Below, piece after piece: positions 39,802-49,886 of a DNA stretch of 64,000 nt. The position numbers and the translations under genes were made by a program. The DNA lies in contig OY776510.1 of assembly GCA_963675665.1 (NCBI GenBank), positions 832,001 to 896,000 of the forward strand. Reading direction: 5' to 3'. Position 1 is the first letter of the stretch; every line of letters starts with the position of its first letter. This stretch comes from Spirochaetia bacterium. GTDB taxonomy: Bacteria; Spirochaetota; Spirochaetia; UBA9216. The notes below the pieces were generated by a model that saw nothing but the letters and a program-made list of their open reading frames with translations, was not told the DNA's origin and searched no databases.

Positions 39802-42081
39802 ATGTCTGTAAAATTCGGTACATTCAAAGGTGTATTCGTACCGTCGACCGAGGCTATTCTCGGAACGGTGCTCTTTCTCCTGATGCCGCTGCTGACGGCG
39901 GATACGGGTCTAACTACAATGCTCGGAGTAGTTCTTCTGGCACACTCGGTTACCCTGGCTACAGCTTCGTCGCTGTCGGACTGCGCCACAAACCTGAATC
40001 GGATTGAAGGCGGCGGTCTTTATGCTCTTTCAAAACAGTCGCTGGGCAGCGCAATGGGAGGCTCTATCGGGGTCATGCTTTTTTTTGCGCAGGCTGCATC
40101 AATCGGTTTTTACTGTATAGGTTTTGCCGAACCGCTGCATGCGCTGATTGCTCCTTGGCTTTCAGGACGTTTTCAGCTGTTTACAGGCAGCGGACCTGAA
40201 GCCGTTCTGATGCAGAAACAGATTCTTGCAACATTTTTCATGCTGGTTTTTTTCATAATTGTAATGATCGGCGCCGATTTTACCCTGAAACTGCAAATTC
40301 TGATTTTATTTGTGCTTCTGGTTTCGGTTTTCACAATTTTTGCAGGCCCTGCAGTCGGGCTGGTCTATGAAGGCCGTGAGGTTTTCAGCGGAACTTTAAA
40401 TATGCATGGCGCCAGACCTCTTACAACAGCGATTTTCTTCCTCACTTTCACCCAGTTTTTTCCGGCTGTAACAGGCATCAGTTCGGGCATCGGAATGAGC
40501 GGCGATTTAAAAAATCCACGCAAAAGTATAGTAAAAGGGACCTTCAGTGCGATTACAATGACAATGGTATTTTACATAATCGCAACGGTAATTTTCTCAT
40601 TAATAGACCGGGACGTTCTTGTCACCGGGTATGATGACGGAATTCCCGTCGGGGTTATTCTTACCAAACTTTTCGGACTCGGCAGGGCTTTTCCCCATAA
40701 TGTTCCGGGACTGCTGATTCTTGCGGGCGTCTTGTTTGCAACATGTTCTTCTGCACTGAGCGTATTCATGACCGGGCCCAGAACGCTCCAGTTTCTTGCA
40801 CGCGACGGAATCCTTCCTCGTCCGCTTGGATTTTTACAAAAGGATTTTTCAGCTTCCGGTACGGAACCGCGTTATGCAATTATAGTGTCTTTTTTTATCG
40901 GGTTGATAATAATCTGGATGGGCAGCATAAACTTTGCATCAATGGTTGTCGGTATCCTTTTCCTTGTTGTTTACGGCTGGATTAACGGGGCCGCTTTTCT
41001 TGAACGTATAAGCAGGAATCCCGCATTCAGACCTACCTTTAAGGGGCATTGGCTTATTTCCGGTTATGGCCTTTTGGCCTGTATTCTGGCTATCTGCCTG
41101 TTTAACTGGAAAGTCGGCATAGCGATATTCCTCAGCCAGTATATCATGTTCAGACTGATCCTGAAATTCAAGACTAAAGGAAGACTTGAAGGTGTCTGGT
41201 GGGGAGTTATCTTCTCGAATATTACCCGGGGGCTTGCAAGGCTTAACAGAATAGTACAGGGAACCAGAAACTGGAGACCGGTACTCACTGCAATTGCTTT
41301 TCCTGAAAACTTTAACGAATGCAGTAACGTGATTGAAATTGCGGAACAGATAGCTTCCTACCAGGGTCTTGTAAGCTGTAACCTGATGGTTCCGAACGGT
41401 TATGACGAAAGCAGTGAGAAGCATGAACTTTTCAAGTCGTCAACGGTTCCTGTCTCTTATGTCAAAACGCCGAATATGACCGATTCAATAATTACGCTGC
41501 TTCAGGGCAGCAATGTCACCGGAATAGACAATAACACCATTCTGCTTGCTTACAGTAACAGAATAAATAATGTTAAGGTAATAAAAGCAGTTCTGGAATA
41601 TAAACAGAACCTCCTGCTGTATAAACCGGGAATTCCGGCCGCGGGAAGCATGAGGCTTGATATCTGGTGGCGCGGGGAGCGGAACGGTAATCTTATGGTA
41701 CTGCTTGCATTTATTATCAACCGCTATCTGCACGACCACAAGCTTGCGCCGTATAATATCAGGATAATACGAAAACTCGGAAAGGATCAGCCTGAAACAG
41801 AAGCACGGGATGAAATTTCGATGCTTCTGAAGCTTTCACGTATCGAAGGAGATATCGTGATACTTCCTTCGTCTGAGGAAAGTTTTCATAAAGTGTTGGA
41901 AGAGACTTCAAAAGGCGCTTCGCTTGTAATGCTGGGCCTTCCGGGAAATTATGAAAACAGAACCTCCGGCGTATTTAATCTGAATCAGATGTTTTTTGAT
42001 CGCGAGATAAAGAGTTATAAGGATATGCCTCCTATCCTCTTTATTAAAAGCTATATGGTAATGAACCTGTTCGAAGATTAA
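39802..42081 (+). CDS. SLC12/cation-chloride cotransporter-like permease
   Basis: FGTFKGVFVP, FFPAVTGI..G..MSGDLKNP, NWRP, DIWW and a large C-terminal domain. Confidence 0.85.
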   Translation: MSVKFGTFKGVFVPSTEAILGTVLFLLMPLLTADTGLTTMLGVVLLAHSVTLATASSLSDCATNLNRIEGGGLYALSKQSLGSAMGGSIGVMLFFAQAASIGFYCIGFAEPLHALIAPWLSGRFQLFTGSGPEAVLMQKQILATFFMLVFFIIVMIGADFTLKLQILILFVLLVSVFTIFAGPAVGLVYEGREVFSGTLNMHGARPLTTAIFFLTFTQFFPAVTGISSGIGMSGDLKNPRKSIVKGTFSAITMTMVFYIIATVIFSLIDRDVLVTGYDDGIPVGVILTKLFGLGRAFPHNVPGLLILAGVLFATCSSALSVFMTGPRTLQFLARDGILPRPLGFLQKDFSASGTEPRYAIIVSFFIGLIIIWMGSINFASMVVGILFLVVYGWINGAAFLERISRNPAFRPTFKGHWLISGYGLLACILAICLFNWKVGIAIFLSQYIMFRLILKFKTKGRLEGVWWGVIFSNITRGLARLNRIVQGTRNWRPVLTAIAFPENFNECSNVIEIAEQIASYQGLVSCNLMVPNGYDESSEKHELFKSSTVPVSYVKTPNMTDSIITLLQGSNVTGIDNNTILLAYSNRINNVKVIKAVLEYKQNLLLYKPGIPAAGSMRLDIWWRGERNGNLMVLLAFIINRYLHDHKLAPYNIRIIRKLGKDQPETEARDEISMLLKLSRIEGDIVILPSSEESFHKVLEETSKGASLVMLGLPGNYENRTSGVFNLNQMFFDREIKSYKDMPPILFIKSYMVMNLFED

Positions 42082-42160
42082 ATCAGACTGGTATAAAATT
42101 AGGAAAATTAATTGTTTCATGTTAAAATCAGGATATATTCTCAATATGAGAGGAAAGATT

Positions 42161-42655
42161 ATGAAAAAAAGATTTATCTTACCGGGTATTTTACTTTTAA
42201 TATGTCTATCGGTTACCGGTTGCAGCTGGAGCCTGTACGGGCTGCTGTTAAATGATGAAGAGAAAGACATGATAGGTTTGTGGCGAGGCGAAAGCTGGGA
42301 CAGCGAGACCGATATTTCATATTACGACTTCAGAAAAAACGGCAGGGTCTATGTTACGGACTGGACCTGGGACCTTCAGACAACGAATAATTTTCTTGTG
42401 CCCAATTACTTTTCATATTCGGTAAACGACGGGATCCTGAAGCTGGATCAGTTTTTCGGTATTCTAAAATTTGAATTTGTTATGGTTGACGAATCAACGA
42501 CGGATATCGATGCTTATAATCTCCAGGTTTTGAGTGAGATGTCTGATTATGATCAGCTGGACGATCATAATTCGATTTATATTGAAAAAATAGACGACTA
42601 TTCCGACGAAGCCCGTGCCGTAAGGGAATATCTTGAGGAGTACGATTATGAATAA
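42161..42655 (+). CDS. Lipoprotein, lipocalin-like
   Basis: Lipobox VTGC, IGLW motif, acidic composition. Confidence 0.6.
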   Translation: MKKRFILPGILLLICLSVTGCSWSLYGLLLNDEEKDMIGLWRGESWDSETDISYYDFRKNGRVYVTDWTWDLQTTNNFLVPNYFSYSVNDGILKLDQFFGILKFEFVMVDESTTDIDAYNLQVLSEMSDYDQLDDHNSIYIEKIDDYSDEARAVREYLEEYDYE

Positions 42656-43121
42656 AACAAGAATCCTGTTTTTTATTGTAATTATAATCGTTGTTGTTTT
42701 TTTCTCTTCATGCCGCTCGGACGGTCCGGACGGGGTCGATATAACCGGGGTTTGGCAGGGCACGGTATTCTCAAATGATGATGAGAATAACGCCGAAATT
42801 GTTGTTTTTGAGTTTCTTGACAACGGCGATGCGCGAATGGGAAACCCCGGCGACATCATCATTTATGATGAAACCTGGGCAGTAGAGTTCACGTGGTCTT
42901 TGGACGAGCGGTATCTAGAAATAACGGCATGGTTTGATCTTTACTACGCCGAGTACTATTATAATCTGATAGATGATAATACACTTGAGATAATTCTGAT
43001 ACAGCGGAATTTTTTCAATGATACATACGAAGAAATCAGGTGCGGCGACCGGATTGTTCTGATTAAAAATGAAACCGATACTTTTATGGATCTGGTAACC
43101 GCTGATGATTCGGAATTCTAA
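42648..43121 (+). CDS. Lipoprotein, lipocalin-like
   Basis: Lipobox FSSC, ITGVW motif, GAGGAG SD. Confidence 0.6.
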   Translation: MNKTRILFFIVIIIVVVFFSSCRSDGPDGVDITGVWQGTVFSNDDENNAEIVVFEFLDNGDARMGNPGDIIIYDETWAVEFTWSLDERYLEITAWFDLYYAEYYYNLIDDNTLEIILIQRNFFNDTYEEIRCGDRIVLIKNETDTFMDLVTADDSEF

Positions 43122-43148
43122 TTAAATGAAAAACGGAGAAAAATATAA

Positions 43149-43700
43149 ATGAAAAAGGTTTTTATCCTGACAGTTGTTATTTTTTTGGTTGTTTCTTCTT
43201 CAGTATATTCTCAAACAGAAAAATACTACGAACAGGGAAGATTTGTTTTCGGCGGCAGCGGAAGCATGAGTATTTATACCGAAGCGGGAGATTCCTCAGG
43301 TGTGAGTATCTTCCTGTATCCTGAATTCGGTTATTTCCCGGTTAACAATCTTGAGCTTCTTATGGGGATGAACACCAGGTTCAGTTCAGGCAGCATGTTG
43401 CTTCAGCTGGATTCCGGAATAAAATATTTTCTCTCCGGAAGTAAATTTGTTCCCTATGCGGGAGCAAATGTTTCCTATACCGTGGCGGATGATTTTTACG
43501 GAGAAGAAGGGTTAATTAACCTGCAGGCTGTAACAGGGCTGGATTTCTTTATGATACAGCGGCTTGCATTTTATGTTGAACTGACGCCGTTAACATATTA
43601 TATGTATGACGGTTACTCTGATTTCGGGTCATATATCTACATGCGCTTCGGTTTTCATTTTTATGTGCCGGTAGGTCCTCTGGAATTTACAGGTTCCTGA
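43149..43700 (+). CDS. Small outer-membrane beta-barrel protein
   Basis: Signal peptide and alternating aromatic/Gly strands (PEFGYF, FVPYAG, GLDFF, RFGFHF). Confidence 0.65.
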   Translation: MKKVFILTVVIFLVVSSSVYSQTEKYYEQGRFVFGGSGSMSIYTEAGDSSGVSIFLYPEFGYFPVNNLELLMGMNTRFSSGSMLLQLDSGIKYFLSGSKFVPYAGANVSYTVADDFYGEEGLINLQAVTGLDFFMIQRLAFYVELTPLTYYMYDGYSDFGSYIYMRFGFHFYVPVGPLEFTGS

Positions 43701-43707
43701 GCTGAAA

Positions 43708-44769
43708 TCAGCCGTTAAAATATTCCTCAAGCGTCAGGTGTTTCCCGAAGATTTCCTCCGCCAGTTTGGCTCCCACATAGCGCAGATGCCAGGGCTCGTA
43801 TGAGTACCCGGTAATATCTTCCTTTCCTTCGGGATAGCGTATTATAAAACCGAAGCGGTGGGCGTTTTCAGCTACCCAGAGGCCTTCCGAGGTCTTGCCG
43901 AAAGACTGTTCAAGCTGAAAATTAACGGCTTCACTGCTGATGTCCATAGCCAGCCCGGTCTGGTGTTCGCTTGTTCCGGGGCGGGCGCTGAACCGGGCGG
44001 CGTATTCTTCTCCGTGCTCACTGACATTGGCTTCATAAAGCATAACCTGTGTTTTATATGATCTGTATCCGCTTCGGGCCGACAGTTCAAAGCCCTGCTC
44101 AGCTTCGGCCGCAGCGAACATGCTTTCGAGTGCGTCCGACGCTGCCCGCCTGAGATGGTTGACTTCTTCAAAAACAAGGATTGTCGGAACATTGATTCGC
44201 ACCAGATCTGGGGGAATATATCCGGCGGGCATCCTGCGCTCTTTATTGACAAACACGTCATATGCGGCCGGGTCGGTGACTACGCCGTCGAAGTCAATCC
44301 GGGCGGCCGGGTTTTTTCTGACCCTGATTGCTGCATCAGTGCCGTAACCGGCCCAATTCATTTTAACCGATACGGATTCGCCCGATAAAAGCGATTCGCC
44401 GGCGCGTATAATTATTTTTGCCCGAATACCTTCCTTCGAGAGTTCCGGTTGCACTGAAAGCAGTTTGAATTCCGGGTTTGACAAGGTAATTTCCAGGTCG
44501 GCTGAACTGAATAATTTCAGGGTTTGCCGATCAGGGATAAGGGTGCTGCCGTCTGCAGTGTTTGCTGGTGATTTTGAATCCGAAAAAACAACTTCAAGAT
44601 TCATTTCGGCGGTTCTACCGGGCTGTACCGTGATGCCGGACGGCCCGACAACAAGATTTATCGTTTTTCCGTCAGAACAGGATATAAAAAGTATCGCTGA
44701 AATCAAAACAGCAAATATAAACGGGCCGGTATGCATTATTCTGTTTTTTCGGGTTAAACAGCGCATCAT
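43708..44769 (-). CDS. M15B D-Ala-D-Ala carboxypeptidase (VanY-like) lipoprotein
   Basis: SGYRSY, SARPGTSEHQTGLAMD, YEPWHLRYVG and lipobox FISC. Confidence 0.9.
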   Translation of the reverse strand: MMRCLTRKNRIMHTGPFIFAVLISAILFISCSDGKTINLVVGPSGITVQPGRTAEMNLEVVFSDSKSPANTADGSTLIPDRQTLKLFSSADLEITLSNPEFKLLSVQPELSKEGIRAKIIIRAGESLLSGESVSVKMNWAGYGTDAAIRVRKNPAARIDFDGVVTDPAAYDVFVNKERRMPAGYIPPDLVRINVPTILVFEEVNHLRRAASDALESMFAAAEAEQGFELSARSGYRSYKTQVMLYEANVSEHGEEYAARFSARPGTSEHQTGLAMDISSEAVNFQLEQSFGKTSEGLWVAENAHRFGFIIRYPEGKEDITGYSYEPWHLRYVGAKLAEEIFGKHLTLEEYFNG

Positions 44770-46063
44770 TACAAAACTCCCAGATACAGCCGCGAAAGCA
44801 GAAACCCTGCGGCAAGAACAACAATTGCCGGCTTAACTATTCCCAGAAGGCTTTTTCCCAGGCCGACTTTAAAGTATTCGTTTGAAACAAGAATACACAC
44901 ATGTACCGGCGAAAGAAGCTGCCCTGCATGGCCGAAAGTATAAGCCAGGACCGTAGTTGATACAAGAAGGGCGAAGTCGGGATTCGGGCCGATAAGACTG
45001 ATAACAATCGGAAACGCCGCGCCTACCGTGCCTATAGCTATACCGGTAGATATTCCGCATACCAGCGGAATCAGCATTATCAGAAGATATGTTGATATTC
45101 CGGCCGCAGACAGTTCTCCTCTGAGGGCTTCCATCAGCAGTGTTCCGCCGGGCAGCCGGCCTTCAATGAATGCCCCGTAAACTCGTATCAGCGCTACAAG
45201 GACCACCATATTAAAATTACGTCCGGAAAAGAGTATTTTTTTCCATACTGCGGGCTTGAGGGGCTCATAATCTGCAGGTAGATAATTGACAATAGAATTC
45301 CGATGGTTATCGGAAGATACCGGGTAAATCTGCTTAAAGCGGGGAATAGCGGGCCCAAAACAGCGTATGAGCCCATAACAATGATGATAGGTGAAACCAG
45401 AAACAGAAAGTGTCCGAAAGATCTGCTCCTGCCGGATTTATCCGGTTCGATATCGTTCTCCGTTTTTCGAAGAAGAAAAAACCATGCGCCGAGAATCGAA
45501 AACAGCGAAACAGGGAGCATAAATACCATGAAAACAGGCACCGGTAAACCGGAAATCTCTATTGCAAGCAGAACTCCCGGATACAGCGGCCACCAGTATT
45601 CCCAGATATGCCTGAACCAATAGTTAATCCGGGATTTAAGCGACGGATCCATATGATCAAACGGATCGCAGCTGTCTACAAGCGGAGCTGAAAAAACTGC
45701 GCCTCCGGGCATGGGCAACAGACCGATAACAGCCGGAAGGATGGCCATAGACTTATTTCTTGAAAAGCGTCGCGTGATACTTGAAACCAGATCGTCCATA
45801 ATCCCGGTTTCTTTCATCTGGGCCGAAAGAAAAATAACAATCAGAACTACGATCATTAAAAAAATGTTATCGGTTTCGGAAAACCTGGTCCAGGCAATTG
45901 ATAATGCCCCGGTCAGACTGTGTCCTGACCATACAGCCAGAATCAGGGTACCGGCCAGGACACCGTATATCTGGTTGGAGATTAGTTTATTTATGATAAT
46001 AATGGCAGCCAGCGATGTAATAATTTTCAATATTGCAGGTGCGTTAAATATTGCCTCAAACAT
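44769..46063 (-). pseudogene. DUF401-family membrane protein split by a 1-bp frameshift near 45260
   Basis: GLLPMPGGAVFSAP and NYWFRHIWE in the N-terminal part, SPVHVC in the C-terminal part. The frames join across a C4 run (GGGG on + at 45260-45263). Confidence 0.7.
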
Positions 46064-46112
46064 AACGAAAATGTAGCAGGGTATGCTGATTTCTTCAATA
46101 GCCGGAGGTTTG

Positions 46113-46126
46113 TTAGGGTTGACTAA
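46113..46126. promoter_or_regulatory. Putative DtxR/TroR-type metal-repressor box overlapping the -35 of feoAB
   Basis: TTAG-ggttga-CTAA palindrome containing TTGACT. Confidence 0.5.
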
Positions 46127-46199
46127 TAATCAGAAAATTGTTAACTTATCTTAAGTTTTATTTGTTTTTTAGATTTTTTAAGGAGAGCCTTATTCAGGG

Positions 46200-46433
46200 A
46201 TGGTGGAAAAAATGAGTCTTTCTGAATTAAGACCGGGAACCAGGGCAATAGTAGAATCAATTTCCGGCGGAAAACATCTCCGACAAAAACTGGTGCACCT
46301 GGGTATGATTCCCGGATCCGAAGTCAAAGTGATTCGGGCAAACAGAATGGGTCCGATGGTTCTGAATATTCAGGGTTCCCAGATAATGATTGGGCAGGGG
46401 ATGGCCAGAAGAATATATGTCAGAGAAGCATGA
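46200..46433 (+). CDS. feoA: Ferrous iron transport protein A
   Basis: KLVHLGMIPGSEV..GPM FeoA pattern, directly upstream of feoB. Confidence 0.93.
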   Translation: MVEKMSLSELRPGTRAIVESISGGKHLRQKLVHLGMIPGSEVKVIRANRMGPMVLNIQGSQIMIGQGMARRIYVREA

Positions 46434-48555
46434 TTTTATACTGGCTTTTACCGGAAATCCCAATAGCGGGAAGAGCACGCTCTTCAATGCCCTTACGGGC
46501 GCAAAACAGCAAATAGGAAACTGGCCGGGAGTAACCGTTGAACGGGTTGAAGGCCGGTACGATTATAATAACATTAAATATAATATAGTTGATCTCCCGG
46601 GAATATATTCTCTTTCACCGAACAGCGAAGATGAACGGGTTTCGAGGGATTATATCCTCAGCAACAGGGCCGATTTGGTTGTTAATATTATAGATGCATC
46701 CAACCTGTCCAGAAACCTCTTTCTGACGGCGCAATTAATTGAAATGCGGGTGCCGGTTGTTGTCGTATTGAACATGATGGATCTTGCTGTTTCGAACGGG
46801 CTTGAGATTGATATTGATCACCTGTCCGCCCATTTAAAATGTCCCGTAATAGGTGTCAGCGCCGTAAAACAGGGTGATATCGTTAAATTAAAACAGTTTT
46901 TGCACGAACAATGCAAACAGCCCGCAGTTTCGTCGGTCACGCTGAAATATCCGAACGAGATAGAGGATCTGGTTAAGCAGTGGCAGCAGAAACTATCAGA
47001 AAAATCTGTAGAGCTTGGTATTGATTCAAGGTGGCTTGCTTTAAGGCTTGTTGAAGAAGACAGCTGGGCGATGGATCTTGTCGGTAAAGAGGCTTTGATA
47101 GAGCAGGAAGAAATTGAAACCGGATTGGAGTCAATTAAAAAAATTCTTGCTGAAACACCGGACATGATAATTGCGGATTATGTATACGGCGCAGTTAACG
47201 GTGTTTGCCGAGAGGTTGTAAACCGCATTAAGGAAGTAAAGCCGATTGGCGACAGGATAGACGCATTCGTGATGCATCCTTTTTTCGGGGTGCCTGTCTT
47301 TTTTGCGGTAATGATGATTGTCTTTCTTGTTACAATCCAGGTCGGCAATATCTTTGTCGGATGGTTTGATACTGCGGCAGGATTTGTTTTTGTTGACGGA
47401 CTTCGTTCTCTTCTTGATGTCGCCGGGGCTCCTCCGATAATTTCTTTTATAATTGCCGACGGAATAGGCGCCGGGATACAGATGGTCATATCTTTTATTC
47501 CGTTTGTATTTTTCATGTTTCTGATGCTTTCGCTTCTTGAAGATTCCGGTTATATGGCCCGCGCAGCATTTGTTATGGATAAGTTTATGGGAAAACTTGG
47601 CCTGCCGGGTAAAGCTTTTGTTCCTATGATTGTAGGATTCGGCTGCTCCGTACCGGCCATACTGGCCACCAGAACGCTCGATAACCGCCGGGACAGGATG
47701 ATTACCATTTTTATGGTACCGATGATGTCTTGCGGGGCAAAGCTGCCTGTTTATGCGTTATTTGCCGCGGCTTTTTTTCATTCGCGTTCAGGGCCGGTTG
47801 TTTTTTCTCTTTATCTTACAGGTGTTATTGTTGCCGTTTTATCAGGACTTCTCGTTAAATTAACTTTATATCACGGAGAGCCGTCGCATCTGATAATGGA
47901 GCTGCCGAAGTATCATTTTCCGAGAGCAAAGCATATTCTGCTGCACACCTGGGCCCGGGTCAAGGATTTTATCAAACGTGCCGGTCAGGTTATTATAATT
48001 GCAGTTTTTATTCTTTCGATATTGTCTTCGTTCAGCTTCAGCAGCGGTTTCCGGCAGGACAATGTTGCAGGTTCAATTCTTGCTTCACTGGGAAAGATTC
48101 TGACGCCTGTTTTTACTCCGATGGGAATAACCCCGGAAAACTGGCCGGCAACCGTAGGACTTTTTACAGGCCTGTTTGCAAAAGAATCGGTTGCGGGTAC
48201 TCTCAACGCAATCTACAGCCAGCTTGATTCGGGCAACCCTTCTGCCGCGGTAGGTCTTCGTTCGCTTAAGTCGAGGTTTTCCCCGGCGGCGGCCTATGCA
48301 TACCTGCTGTTCATTTTGCTTTATATGCCCTGTGTGGCGGCTGTCGGCACAGCAATGAAAGAGATAAACGTCCGTTTCGGACTTCTTCAGGCGCTGTATC
48401 TGACTCTTGTCGCCTGGATCCTTTCAACTTTATTTTACCAGATTGCCGAAGGTCATAACGCCGTTTTCATTATCATCGCCGCCGCACTGGTGGCCGGTAT
48501 TATTCTGGCTTTTAAGATCATCGCCCGGTTTTTATACGCCGGAACGCGGGACTGA
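46417..48555 (+). CDS. feoB: Ferrous iron transport protein B
   Basis: GNPNSGKS, GNWPGVTVE, DLPG, NMMD, LEDSGYMAR, GFGCSVPA. Start placed at MSEKH. Confidence 0.97.
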   Translation: MSEKHDFILAFTGNPNSGKSTLFNALTGAKQQIGNWPGVTVERVEGRYDYNNIKYNIVDLPGIYSLSPNSEDERVSRDYILSNRADLVVNIIDASNLSRNLFLTAQLIEMRVPVVVVLNMMDLAVSNGLEIDIDHLSAHLKCPVIGVSAVKQGDIVKLKQFLHEQCKQPAVSSVTLKYPNEIEDLVKQWQQKLSEKSVELGIDSRWLALRLVEEDSWAMDLVGKEALIEQEEIETGLESIKKILAETPDMIIADYVYGAVNGVCREVVNRIKEVKPIGDRIDAFVMHPFFGVPVFFAVMMIVFLVTIQVGNIFVGWFDTAAGFVFVDGLRSLLDVAGAPPIISFIIADGIGAGIQMVISFIPFVFFMFLMLSLLEDSGYMARAAFVMDKFMGKLGLPGKAFVPMIVGFGCSVPAILATRTLDNRRDRMITIFMVPMMSCGAKLPVYALFAAAFFHSRSGPVVFSLYLTGVIVAVLSGLLVKLTLYHGEPSHLIMELPKYHFPRAKHILLHTWARVKDFIKRAGQVIIIAVFILSILSSFSFSSGFRQDNVAGSILASLGKILTPVFTPMGITPENWPATVGLFTGLFAKESVAGTLNAIYSQLDSGNPSAAVGLRSLKSRFSPAAAYAYLLFILLYMPCVAAVGTAMKEINVRFGLLQALYLTLVAWILSTLFYQIAEGHNAVFIIIAAALVAGIILAFKIIARFLYAGTRD

Positions 48556-48650
48556 GTAACAAGCTTACAAAAATTATTATGTTGTATTGACTCCCGTTAT
48601 GTTTTACAATGAATGTTCTGTTACACTTGGTTAATAAAACGGAGGATTAA

Positions 48651-49361
48651 ATGAGTTTACACATTGCCGCTGAAAAGGGCGCAATTGCAGAAACAGTACT
48701 TATGCCCGGAGATCCGCTGAGAGCCAAATACGCAGCTGATAAATTTCTCGATAATGCGGTTTGTTACAATGAAGTCAGGGGAATGTACGGTTTTACCGGA
48801 ACATATAAAGGTAAAAGAGTTTCAATTCAGGGTTCCGGAATGGGACAGCCGTCGATGGGAATTTACTCATATGAATTGATGGCGGATTACAATGTGAAAA
48901 ATATAATGCGCATAGGTTCATGCGGTGCTGTACAGCCTGAAATAGAGCTGCGCGATATTGTTATTGCAATGTCGGCATCTACAAACGGCGGGAACAATAA
49001 GGGCATATTCAGAGGAATGGATTATGCGCCCTGCGCAGACGCGGATCTTTTTTTAACTGCAGTTAAAAAAGCGGGGCAGATGAAACTTAACATCAGGGCC
49101 GGAAATATCCTCTCGTCGGATAATTTCTATGATGATGATCCCGAGATCTGGAAGCTCTGGGCAAGGTTCGGAGTGCTTGCAATTGAGATGGAAGCCTCGA
49201 TGTTGTATACACTTGCCGCGAAAATGGGCGTAAAAGCCCTGGCTATTTGTACTGTAAGCGACAGTATTGTGAATCAGACTCTTCTGTCTGCCGAAGAAAG
49301 GGAAAAATCTTTTGATGAGATGATAACCCTGGCGCTTGAAACAGCGGCTGAACTCGGTTAA
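48651..49361 (+). CDS. deoD: Purine nucleoside phosphorylase (DeoD type)
   Basis: MPGDPLRA, GMGQPS, RIGSCG, EMEA. Confidence 0.97.
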   Translation: MSLHIAAEKGAIAETVLMPGDPLRAKYAADKFLDNAVCYNEVRGMYGFTGTYKGKRVSIQGSGMGQPSMGIYSYELMADYNVKNIMRIGSCGAVQPEIELRDIVIAMSASTNGGNNKGIFRGMDYAPCADADLFLTAVKKAGQMKLNIRAGNILSSDNFYDDDPEIWKLWARFGVLAIEMEASMLYTLAAKMGVKALAICTVSDSIVNQTLLSAEEREKSFDEMITLALETAAELG

Positions 49362-49381
49362 GAAGAGTATCGGAAAAAGTT

Positions 49382-49870
49382 TTGAATGTTGACAGCGAGC
49401 TGCAGAAAGCTCAGAATATCTATAAAGAAAATAAAAAACTCATTGAAAAGCTGAAACGGTGGAAGCGTAAAGATCTGGACAGTCTTTTTTTCGAAGCGCA
49501 CGAAGCCGTATTTGCTGATATAGACTGCCGGGAATGCGGAAACTGCTGTAAAAACCTCGGTCCGAAATTAAATAACCGCGATATTGAAAGACTTGGAAAA
49601 TTTATAAATATGAGGGCCGGAAAGGTCCGGAAAAACTATCTTGAAATAGATGAGGATAATGATTTTATCTTCCAGTCAATGCCTTGTCCGTTTTTACACG
49701 AAGGAAATTTCTGTTCGGTATATGAAGCGCGGCCGAGGGCCTGTGCTGAATACCCGCATACTGATTATCCGAATATGCAGAAGAGACTTAATCTGACCCT
49801 TAAAAACAGCCTGATTTGTCCCGGAGTGTACAGAATTCTAAACAGGATAAGAGCTGAAGTGATGGATTAA
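49382..49870 (+). CDS. YkgJ-family cysteine-cluster protein
   Basis: CRECGNCC...PCPFL...CSVYEARPRACAEYP. Confidence 0.9.
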   Translation: MNVDSELQKAQNIYKENKKLIEKLKRWKRKDLDSLFFEAHEAVFADIDCRECGNCCKNLGPKLNNRDIERLGKFINMRAGKVRKNYLEIDEDNDFIFQSMPCPFLHEGNFCSVYEARPRACAEYPHTDYPNMQKRLNLTLKNSLICPGVYRILNRIRAEVMD

Positions 49871-49886
49871 ACCGGAGGCATTTCCG

